From: Sedimentisphaera cyanobacteriorum
Lineage (GTDB): Bacteria > Planctomycetota > Phycisphaerae > Sedimentisphaerales > Sedimentisphaeraceae
Assembly: GCF_001997385.1 (NCBI RefSeq)
Contig: NZ_CP019633.1
Span: 2,220,001 to 2,252,000 of the forward strand
Length of the DNA stretch: 32,000 nt
Direction: 5' to 3'
This document shows positions 1-6,955 of the stretch, one piece after another. A program made the position numbers and the translations under genes. The notes under the pieces were generated by a model. The model was not told the DNA's origin. It worked only from the letters and a program-made list of their open reading frames with translations, and ran no database searches. How positions within the stretch are numbered: position 1 is the stretch's first letter; every line of letters starts with the position of its first letter.

Positions 1-725
1 AGCAGGCCGAAAATGCCTGTGATGGTGGGCAGTGAGCCCATTAGATAGCATTTTCTTCCCTGAATATGGCCTCGTTTAATAGGATTCTCAGATTCGGGCG
101 TTGCGAGGGCGCTTTGTTTCTTCAGCTGCTCACTGGAATAAACTGCCGGGAAACTCAGGCTAACCCCCCTTTTGCGAAGTCGCTTGCGAAGATTTGCAGC
201 TAATGGGCAGTATCTTACCTCTCGCATTGCTGAGATGCGGATTTTGGATGGGTCTGTTTTTCTCGCTGCTCCCATGCTGGAAATAAAGGCGATTTCACGT
301 TTGCTCAGCTCGGTAATGAGTTCGAGCTTTGGGTTGAGGGGGTCTATTGAATCGATCACAAAATCCGGGCGGCCTTCAAGGCAGCTCTCGAGCGTGTCGG
401 TGTGAATGAATTCGTTCAGCGTTTCTACTTTGCACTGAGGGTTAATATCGAGAATTCTCTGCCTGCCTGCATCCGTTTTGTACCGCCCTTCCGTGCTTGT
501 GAGTGCAAAAACTTGGCGGTTTATGTTGCTCTTGGTTATCTTATCCGAATCTATCAGGCGCAGTTTGCCAACGCCCGCCCTTGCCAGAGCCTCAGCTGCG
601 AAACTGCCTACCGCCCCTGCCCCGCAAACTGCAACAAAGCTGGAAGCAAGCTTTTCCACGTTTTCTCTGCCGAGAAGCAGCTCTGTTCTTTTGAGCCTTT
701 CTCGGAAATTATGCCGGCCGGTCAT
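1..725 (-). CDS. tcdA: ThiF/MoeB-family E1-like protein, TcdA/CsdL-like tRNA threonylcarbamoyladenosine dehydratase (C-terminal end runs off the window)
   Basis: Absent from the ORF track because it is open at the window edge. My reverse-strand translation from ATG 725-723 gives MTGRHNFRERLKRTELLLGRENVEKLASSFVAVCGAGAVGSFAAEALARAGVGKLRLIDSDKITKSNINRQVFALTSTEGRYKTDAGRQRILDINPQCKVETLNEF...DFVIDSIDPLNPKLELITELSK...ISAMREVRYCPLAANLRKRLRKRG, with no stop down to base 1. The GxGxxG Rossmann loop plus D-x-D...N-x-NRQ is the ThiF/TcdA signature. Plus-strand ORFs 172-752 are antisense artefacts. Confidence 0.75.
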   Translation of the reverse strand, partial: MTGRHNFRERLKRTELLLGRENVEKLASSFVAVCGAGAVGSFAAEALARAGVGKLRLIDSDKITKSNINRQVFALTSTEGRYKTDAGRQRILDINPQCKVETLNEFIHTDTLESCLEGRPDFVIDSIDPLNPKLELITELSKREIAFISSMGAARKTDPSKIRISAMREVRYCPLAANLRKRLRKRGVSLSFPAVYSSEQLKKQSALATPESENPIKRGHIQGRKCYLMGSLPTITGIFGL

Positions 726-737
726 AAATATGGCTCT

Positions 738-1705
738 CTACTGATCTTTTAAGTTTACGCCAAAAATGTTAGTTAATCTGTCGAATTCTTCGAGTGAATA
801 GAAATCTATCGTTATACTGCCCTTCTTGCCGGTCTTGTTGGTTTTTATTTTAACCTTTGTCCCTAATGATTCTCTTATTCTTGATTCCAGATCCGCTATA
901 TGGGCAGATTTAGCATCCTCTTTATTTTCAGCAGATTGTTCAGGATTTTCGAGTGATTCAATTTGTTTTTTTACTAATCGTTCCACTTCTCTCACTGTAA
1001 GCCGCCCTGTCATCGCTCTGTATGCGAGTTTTTTCTGCAAGTTTTCATCGGGCAGAGCAAGAAGCGCCCTTGCCTGCCCCATAGACAAGGCATTATTAAC
1101 GAGCATCTCTTTGACCTCCTCGGGCAGTTCGAGCAGTCTTATATGATTTGCCACAACCGACCTGTTCTCACCGAGTCTTTCGGCAACCTGCGTTTGAGAA
1201 AGGCCGAAGTTATCGGTATATTCTTTGTATGCAGTTGCCCTTTCGATAGGGTTGAGGTCTGAGCGGTGGATATTTTCAATAAGAGCCATTTCGAGCATCT
1301 GCTCATCGCTGGCCTCTTTTATTATAGAAGGTATTGTTTTGTTGCCGGCGAGTTTAGCCGCACGCCATCGTCTTTCGCCTGCAATCAGCTGATATCCCCT
1401 GTTCACCTTCTTTACAACAATGGGCTGAACAATACCGTTGGCCTTGATGGAATCAACGAGTTTAGTGAGCTCCTGCTCATCCCATTCAGTTCTCGGCTGA
1501 TATGGGTTTGGAGTAATCTCGCCCACTTTCAGGTCTCTGAGCTGCCCTTTCCCCTCTGCTTCCTGCTGAGCGGCCTGCTGCTGAGCGGGCGTCATAAGAG
1601 ACTGAAGCCCCTGCCGAGGTGTTTTGAGGTTTTTTTCTTTGCTGCCGTCTTTTTCTTGGCAGCAGACGTTTTTTTGGTCTTTGTAGATTTTGTTGTTTTT
1701 GCCAT
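738..1705 (-). CDS. parB: Chromosome partitioning protein ParB/Spo0J; reading frame interrupted about 33 codons from the start as assembled
   Basis: The core in ORF 738-1772 has GEITPNPYQPRTEWDEQELTKLVDSIKANGIVQPIVV, IAGERRWRAAKLAG (GERRxRA box), the HTH region LSQTQVAERLGENRSVVANHIRLLELP, and a C-terminal dimerisation-type tail. I judge the true start to be ATG 1705-1703 (GGGAG 7 nt upstream, promoter at 1733-1760). That start is in another frame, which meets the core frame at a G4 run (plus-strand CCCC 1608-1611). The track start at 1772 is a GTG inside the parS palindrome. Confidence 0.85.
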
Positions 1706-1732
1706 AATTACGCTCCCATATAATTTTTCTGC

Positions 1733-1760
1733 ATTGTAATATGTGAGAATATTTAATCAA
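1733..1760 (-). promoter_or_regulatory. Putative sigma70-type parB promoter (TTGATT-N16-TACAAT on minus strand)
   Basis: Read on the minus strand: TTGATT (1760-1755), a 16-nt spacer, TACAAT (1738-1733). This is followed about 21 nt later by GGGAG and ATG 1705. parS-1 ends 4 nt upstream of the -35. Confidence 0.5.
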
Positions 1761-1764
1761 GAAC

Positions 1765-1780
1765 TGTTTCACGTGAAACA
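1765..1780. promoter_or_regulatory. parS: parS centromere-like ParB binding site 1 (TGTTTCACGTGAAACA, perfect palindrome)
   Basis: Exact match to the TGTTNCACGTGAAACA parS consensus, immediately upstream of parB. Confidence 0.9.
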
Positions 1781-2006
1781 GTGAAAAATGGATAGCTGTA
1801 TAGAGTTAAGCAGCTCGTCTTAAGTTTGTTTTACCTCTCTGGCGTTAATTAGATTATGATTTATTTTTACAGGGTAACTGATTTGATCGTCTTAAATGCT
1901 TGTCATTTAATACCCCTTCGTAAATTAAATAAAGGTCATACCTGAAAAGCAGGAGATAGGCACTTCTACTCTCCTTTGGTATATTCAAGTTTCTATTTTT
2001 GAGGGA

Positions 2007-2022
2007 TGTTTCACGTGAAACG
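2007..2022. promoter_or_regulatory. parS: parS site 2 (TGTTTCACGTGAAACG, one deviation at the last base)
   Basis: 15/16 match to the parS consensus, in the parB / methyltransferase divergent intergenic region. Confidence 0.8.
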
Positions 2023-2048
2023 CCAAGCTCTGTTTGATACAATATAAC

Positions 2049-2064
2049 TGTTCCACGTGAAACA
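2049..2064. promoter_or_regulatory. parS: parS site 3 (TGTTCCACGTGAAACA)
   Basis: Exact match to the Bacillus-type parS consensus. It ends 1 nt before the putative -35 of the downstream promoter. Confidence 0.85.
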
Positions 2065-2065
2065 G

Positions 2066-2093
2066 TTGCAAATTTGCCGGTTTCTGTTACAAT
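2066..2093 (+). promoter_or_regulatory. Putative sigma70-type promoter TTGCAA-N16-TACAAT, -10 ending 6 nt before ATG 2100
   Basis: TTGCAA at 2066-2071 and TACAAT at 2088-2093. There is no Shine-Dalgarno between the -10 and the ATG, which implies a leaderless or near-leaderless transcript. Confidence 0.4.
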
Positions 2094-2099
2094 CCTGTA

Positions 2100-3296
2100 A
2101 TGAATTTAAGAAATAAACACAGAATAATGATTACCTTTGCCAGAGAGCTTGCACCTTGGGGTAAGCTTGAGCTGAATCGCCTCGGCTATAAAGTGCTTGA
2201 AGAGCGGAAAAGCGGCATCGAAATTGAAGGCAATATAGAAGACGCCATGCTCTTAAATCTCAAGCTTCGATGCGCATACTGCGTTTTGATGCTCCTGAGC
2301 GAGTTCGAATGTGATGATGAGCGAAAGTTCTACAAGGAAATCCGCAAGATTTGGTGGGAGAGAATTATCCCTCCGGACGAGTATCTATCCGTAAACAGCA
2401 GGGCGGATGACAAGGTTGTAAACAACACAATGTTCGTTAATCAGCTTGCTAAGGACGCCATAGTTGACCGAATCAAAACCAAAACAGGCAGAAGACCAGA
2501 CTCAGGTCCTGAAAAGGACGGTGTTGTGGTTAATATATATTGGTACAACGGAAAATGCTACGTCTATCTCAATACTACCGGCAGAAAGCTTTCCGACAGG
2601 GGATACAGGAAAATACCTTATAAGGCACCTGTGCAGGAATCTTTGGCTGCTGCTGTGCTTTATGCCGCAGGGTACGACGGAACTCAGGAACTGATTCTCC
2701 CAATGTGCGGCAGCGGGACTTTAGCTATTGAAGCTGCCTTGATTGCTCAAGATAGAGCTCCAGGGCTCTTGAGAAGTAATTACGCATTTATGCACTTCAA
2801 CAAATTCGACAATGAAATTTGGCAGATGATGCGAAAAGAACAGCGGATAAACGCAGAGAAAAGCAGTAAACCTGTTATTAAGGCAAGCGATATAGACCCT
2901 GACGCAGTTAAGGCTGCTGAAAAAAATGCAAAAACCGCCGGTGCTGATGAGTTAATAGATTTTAATATATGCGATTTTGCCAAAACAGTACCTGAATCAG
3001 AAGGTGCAATCATTCTTATGAATCCCGAATACGGAATGAGAATGGGTGAAAAACGTAAATTAGAATCTGTATATAAAAGAATTGGTGGTTATCTTAAACA
3101 GTGCTGCCCGGGCTCTGTTGGCTGCATTTTTACAGGAAACCTCGAGCTTGCCAAAAAAATAGGCTTGAGAACTTCGCGCAGGATAGTATTTTATAATGCA
3201 GATGTTGAGTGCAGACTGCTCAAATACGAGCTTTTTTCCGGTTCTATGCAGGAAAGAATAAAAGCGAAGCTAAATGCAGGACAAGAAGAAAAATAA
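2100..3296 (+). CDS. THUMP-domain class I SAM-dependent RNA methyltransferase (RlmL/UPF0020-like)
   Basis: 398 aa. The N-terminal THUMP-like region is followed by PVQESLAAAVLYAAGY, PMCGSGTLAIEAAL (SAM motif I), IKASDIDPDAVKAAEKN and ILMNPEYGMRMG (NPPY-type motif IV). Confidence 0.85.
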   Translation: MNLRNKHRIMITFARELAPWGKLELNRLGYKVLEERKSGIEIEGNIEDAMLLNLKLRCAYCVLMLLSEFECDDERKFYKEIRKIWWERIIPPDEYLSVNSRADDKVVNNTMFVNQLAKDAIVDRIKTKTGRRPDSGPEKDGVVVNIYWYNGKCYVYLNTTGRKLSDRGYRKIPYKAPVQESLAAAVLYAAGYDGTQELILPMCGSGTLAIEAALIAQDRAPGLLRSNYAFMHFNKFDNEIWQMMRKEQRINAEKSSKPVIKASDIDPDAVKAAEKNAKTAGADELIDFNICDFAKTVPESEGAIILMNPEYGMRMGEKRKLESVYKRIGGYLKQCCPGSVGCIFTGNLELAKKIGLRTSRRIVFYNADVECRLLKYELFSGSMQERIKAKLNAGQEEK

Positions 3297-4584
3297 ACCA
3301 ACTACACCGAGGCATGAAATTGCCCTTTTTATAATTCTTTTGACAGCTCTGTTTTCTGCTTGGGCTATGACTGTGCGCAAGGTTCAGGTTAACCTTACCG
3401 ATTCCTTTCAGATCCCTGCCTCCGGCTTGAAGATACGTTTGCCCGACGGGAAGCTCTGGAGCACCAAGACAGAGAACTGGGAATTTGACTACGAATCCAA
3501 CTATTTCTTCGCAGGTGCGGTTCAAACCAATTCTTCAGATGTACGGTCTGCTTCGGTTCAGTGGAGATATTATATCAGCCCTCTGAAGTATCTGCCCACA
3601 GCTATGCAGAACAGATATGCACAGCAAAGCGGCAGCTCTGTTGTACGCAGAGGGATAATTATCTCCCGCGGTTTCGGGACGCATTGGGCATTATGTGCCC
3701 CAAACGAGCAGGACGGGGGGCATTATTCAAAATACGGCCTGATTAAGCTTGGTTCGGAGCGATTTGCCGAGCTGGAAGTGCGGGCTGCGGAAAAACAGCA
3801 GTGCAGCGAGCTTTTCGAGCTGCTGATAAAACAGGCAAGCTACTCGCCTAACCCTTTTATCAATCAGGGAATAGAACTTTTAGATAGAGTAAGGCTGAAA
3901 TCGCAGTTTTCTTATACACCAAATAAAAACACTAACTCATTTCTTATGGAATCGCCTAATGTTTATAAGGGGATTATGATAAACAGGGTTAAGGTTACAG
4001 CTCACAGAGGTGAAAAAAAGGAGCTTACTGTTACTGATTTCGGTTTCAGCAAGGTATTTAATTACAATGACATAATATTCGACGAGCGGACAAGACGCTT
4101 TTCTTGGAAGAGAAAAAGGGTAACGGAGAAGGGAAAAGTTCGGGAGATAATAATGGAAAACAGAGGCCCGAACGTTGAAATTATAGACCTCAAAACTCTT
4201 GCAGTGAACAGAAGAAGCATAACTCAGGTATTCTGGCCTGAAATTTTTCAAATGTACCTCGTGAAGTTTTTTATTTTCGAAACGGACCTCGATAAATGCG
4301 TAGTCGATACCCTTATGCCGCAGGGGCAGATTGTGCCGGTGATTTTCGAGAGGGTGCGAACCGATGAAGGGCTTTTGTCCGCTAAGCTGAAATACACACA
4401 TAAGCCTGATTTTGCAATCAATGTTTTCTTTGATAAAAATCAGAATATAATTAACTTCAGTGACAGTGATAATAATAACACCAGAAAGGTGAATTTGCAT
4501 AAGGTTATAAAAACTTTTCCCGAACAGGAAAATGTGATCAATAAATTTTTGAAAGACAGGTGGAGACTCGATGCAGCAAACTAA
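3274..4584 (+). CDS. Hypothetical membrane-anchored protein (N-terminal basic stretch plus one TM helix), no recognisable family
   Basis: 436-aa ORF. The start overlaps the upstream stop by 23 nt and the stop overlaps the trxB start by 14 nt. The N-terminus [32 protein letters not shown] looks like a signal anchor. The 3' half is AT-rich. Confidence 0.6.
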   Translation: MQDKKKNKPTTPRHEIALFIILLTALFSAWAMTVRKVQVNLTDSFQIPASGLKIRLPDGKLWSTKTENWEFDYESNYFFAGAVQTNSSDVRSASVQWRYYISPLKYLPTAMQNRYAQQSGSSVVRRGIIISRGFGTHWALCAPNEQDGGHYSKYGLIKLGSERFAELEVRAAEKQQCSELFELLIKQASYSPNPFINQGIELLDRVRLKSQFSYTPNKNTNSFLMESPNVYKGIMINRVKVTAHRGEKKELTVTDFGFSKVFNYNDIIFDERTRRFSWKRKRVTEKGKVREIIMENRGPNVEIIDLKTLAVNRRSITQVFWPEIFQMYLVKFFIFETDLDKCVVDTLMPQGQIVPVIFERVRTDEGLLSAKLKYTHKPDFAINVFFDKNQNIINFSDSDNNNTRKVNLHKVIKTFPEQENVINKFLKDRWRLDAAN

Positions 4585-5539
4585 GATCTACGATTGTATA
4601 ATAATTGGAGCAGGCCCGGCAGGGCTCGCAGCAGCTATTTATACCGCAAGAGACAGATATTCAACTCTCGTTATTGAGAAATTCTTTCCGGGCGGACAGA
4701 TTAACAATACCGATAAAATCGAAAACTATCCGGGCTTCAAGGAAATTGGCGGTCAGGAGCTTGTAACACGCCTTTATGAGCAGGCAATGAGCTTCGAGCC
4801 TGAAATGAAGATGGGCAGGGCGGTTAAGAATATCGTTCGTACAGAAGACGGCCTTCTCGATGTGCAGTGCAAGAAGGAATCCTTCCTTGCAAGAACCGTA
4901 ATCCTCACCCCGGGCAGCAATTACAGAAAACTCGGCGTTCCGGGGGAAGAGGAGTTCAGGAATGCAGGAGCGGGCGTGAGCTACTGCGGCACATGTGATG
5001 CCCCTTTCTTCAAGGATAAGAAAGTCCTCTCTGTCGGCGGCGGGAATACTGCTGTGGAGGAGGCGCTACATCTGGCCAAGTTCTGCAGCGAGGTTACAGT
5101 TATTCACAGAAGGGATCAATTCAGAGCGCAGAAGATACTTGCTGAACAGCTCGAGCAGGCCGCCTCAAATCCCGATTCGAATGTAAATATTAAATACAGC
5201 ACAGTTCTTAAGTCTATCGAAGGTGGAGAGAAGGTAGAAAAAGCGGTGCTTGATAATGTAAAAACCGGCGAGAAAGAAGATTTCTACTGCGACGGGGTGT
5301 TTATATTCGTTGGAATGGTGCCGAATACGCAATTTTTGAAGGGAATCGTGGATCTTGATGATGACGGGTTTATAAAAAGCGACCCGCTAACGCTAAAAAC
5401 CAGTATGCCAGGGGTGTTTGTAGCTGGAGACTGCCGGACAGGGGCTGCGATGCAGCTGGTTACCGCAATATCCGACGGTGTAGTAGCAGCGCTCAATATA
5501 AAGCACCATATTATGGATCCAGACTGGTGGCAGGGTTAG
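4571..5539 (+). CDS. trxB: Thioredoxin-disulfide reductase (low-Mr TrxR)
   Basis: [21 protein letters not shown] (FAD GxGxxG), redox centre [20 protein letters not shown] plus HRRDQFRA (NADPH motif), [15 protein letters not shown] Shine-Dalgarno upstream. Confidence 0.92.
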   Translation: MQQTKIYDCIIIGAGPAGLAAAIYTARDRYSTLVIEKFFPGGQINNTDKIENYPGFKEIGGQELVTRLYEQAMSFEPEMKMGRAVKNIVRTEDGLLDVQCKKESFLARTVILTPGSNYRKLGVPGEEEFRNAGAGVSYCGTCDAPFFKDKKVLSVGGGNTAVEEALHLAKFCSEVTVIHRRDQFRAQKILAEQLEQAASNPDSNVNIKYSTVLKSIEGGEKVEKAVLDNVKTGEKEDFYCDGVFIFVGMVPNTQFLKGIVDLDDDGFIKSDPLTLKTSMPGVFVAGDCRTGAAMQLVTAISDGVVAALNIKHHIMDPDWWQG

Positions 5540-5599
5540 CAGAGGTTCAGTTAAATCCCTTATTTGGCCGGCAGTATGCTGCTTTCGTGAAATTTAAAA

Positions 5600-6955
5600 A
5601 TGCCTCTCAAAGAAACCAACAGAATAGAATTAAAACGAGACCTTACAGATAACCTTGAGAAAGAGGTTATAGGCTTTTTGAACTGTCGGGAGGGGGGTAA
5701 TGTGTATATTGGTATTGCAGATGACGGTAGCGCAGTTGGCTTGGCCGATCCCGATTCAATGCAGCTGGCTGTAAAGGACAGGCTCCAAAACAATATAAAG
5801 CCTTCCTGTTTAGGACTGTTTGATGTCCTGCATGAACAATATGAAGGCAAAGATGTTATAAGGGTTAATATAGCTGGCGGATTGGAAAAACCTTACCACC
5901 TAAAAAGCAGGGGAATGAGCGAGAAGGGATGTTTTATTCGTATTAAAACTGCCGCAGAGCCGATGACATTGCGAATGATTGAGGAGTATTATTCAAAACG
6001 CACCCGAAATTCTCTCGGGAAAATTAAGGCAAGCAGGCAGGATCTAACTTTCGAGCAGCTGAAAATATATTACAATGAGCGGGGGCTCGGCCTCAATGAT
6101 AAATTTGCTCAAAATTTGGAACTGCTTACCGAAGAGGGCAAATTTAACTATGCCGCATACCTGCTTGCAGATAGTAACGGCAATTCTGTAAAGGTAGCGA
6201 AATATTCAGGCAGAAACAGAGTGGATTTGATAGAGAGCAATGAATACGGCTTCTGCTCTCTAGTGAAGGCAACTAAAAGCGTGCTTGAAAAGCTGAATAT
6301 TGAAAATCGGATTTCGACAAAAATAACTCCTCGTGAACGGGAGAATAAACCGCTCTGGAATCCAATTGCTTTGCGTGAGGCGGTTATCAATGCAATAGTG
6401 CATAATGATTACAGCCATGACGTGCCTCCGAAATTTGAGATTTTCTCGGACAGATTGGAGATCACTTCCGCAGGAGGGCTGATACTCGGTATTGATGAGG
6501 ATGAGTTTTTTGAAGGATATTCAATCCCGAGAAACAAAGAACTTATGCGAATCTATAAAGACCTTGATATGGTTGAATACCTTGGTTCGGGGATGCCGCG
6601 AATTATGCAGTATTACCCGCGGGAATGTTTTAAATTTACGAATCATTTCCTTAGAATGACTATTTATAATATAGCAAATGTAATCAAAGATCGTCGCACC
6701 ACGGAAGTCGCCACGGAAGTCAAAAAGATGCTGGGGGTGATAAAAGGTCAAATGTTCCGCTGGGAGATACAGGAAAAAATGAACTTGAAAAATGCTGAGC
6801 ATTTTCGTAAAGAATATATAATACAAGCCATAAACCAAAATCTTATCGAAATGACGATTCCAGATAAGCCCAGCAGCCGGCTTCAAAAGTACAGACTAAC
6901 GGAAAAGGGAAAGAAATATATCGAAACCAAAGGAGAGACGAGTAATGGAGCCTAA
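5600..6955 (+). CDS. AlbA_2 (Schlafen-like) domain / HATPase_c_4-type ATP-binding protein with C-terminal wHTH tail (often annotated as putative transcriptional regulator or RecG-like)
   Basis: ETNRIELK, REGGNVYIGIADDGSAVGL and EKPYHLK (AlbA_2 motifs). REAVINAIVHNDY, LEITSAGGL and EYLGSGMPRI (HATPase_c_4-type motifs). Tail IPDKPSSRLQKYRLTEKG. Confidence 0.8.
   Translation: MPLKETNRIELKRDLTDNLEKEVIGFLNCREGGNVYIGIADDGSAVGLADPDSMQLAVKDRLQNNIKPSCLGLFDVLHEQYEGKDVIRVNIAGGLEKPYHLKSRGMSEKGCFIRIKTAAEPMTLRMIEEYYSKRTRNSLGKIKASRQDLTFEQLKIYYNERGLGLNDKFAQNLELLTEEGKFNYAAYLLADSNGNSVKVAKYSGRNRVDLIESNEYGFCSLVKATKSVLEKLNIENRISTKITPRERENKPLWNPIALREAVINAIVHNDYSHDVPPKFEIFSDRLEITSAGGLILGIDEDEFFEGYSIPRNKELMRIYKDLDMVEYLGSGMPRIMQYYPRECFKFTNHFLRMTIYNIANVIKDRRTTEVATEVKKMLGVIKGQMFRWEIQEKMNLKNAEHFRKEYIIQAINQNLIEMTIPDKPSSRLQKYRLTEKGKKYIETKGETSNGA

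Noticed and set aside
172-752. Four overlapping plus-strand ORFs (63-116 aa) at the left edge
   Set aside because: They are antisense to a much better minus-strand reading frame (the tcdA-like ThiF protein) that is open to the window edge. Their sequences are low-complexity and lack motifs.
1706-1772. N-terminal extension MKQFLIKYSHILQCRKIIWERNYG of the 344-aa ParB ORF
   Set aside because: Its start is a GTG inside the parS palindrome and lies upstream of the predicted parB promoter. The peptide is unlike any ParB N-terminus, whereas ATG 1705 has a Shine-Dalgarno and encodes a canonical ...LGRG motif.
1773-2099. Possible oriC (DnaA boxes) next to the parS cluster
   Set aside because: I found no TTATCCACA-like boxes and no AT-rich unwinding repeats in this intergenic region, only parS sites and promoters.
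3937-4500. 187-aa minus-strand ORF inside the hypothetical gene
   Set aside because: It is an AT-rich antisense frame with a junk-like sequence. The plus-strand ORF is far longer and is start/stop-coupled to both neighbours.
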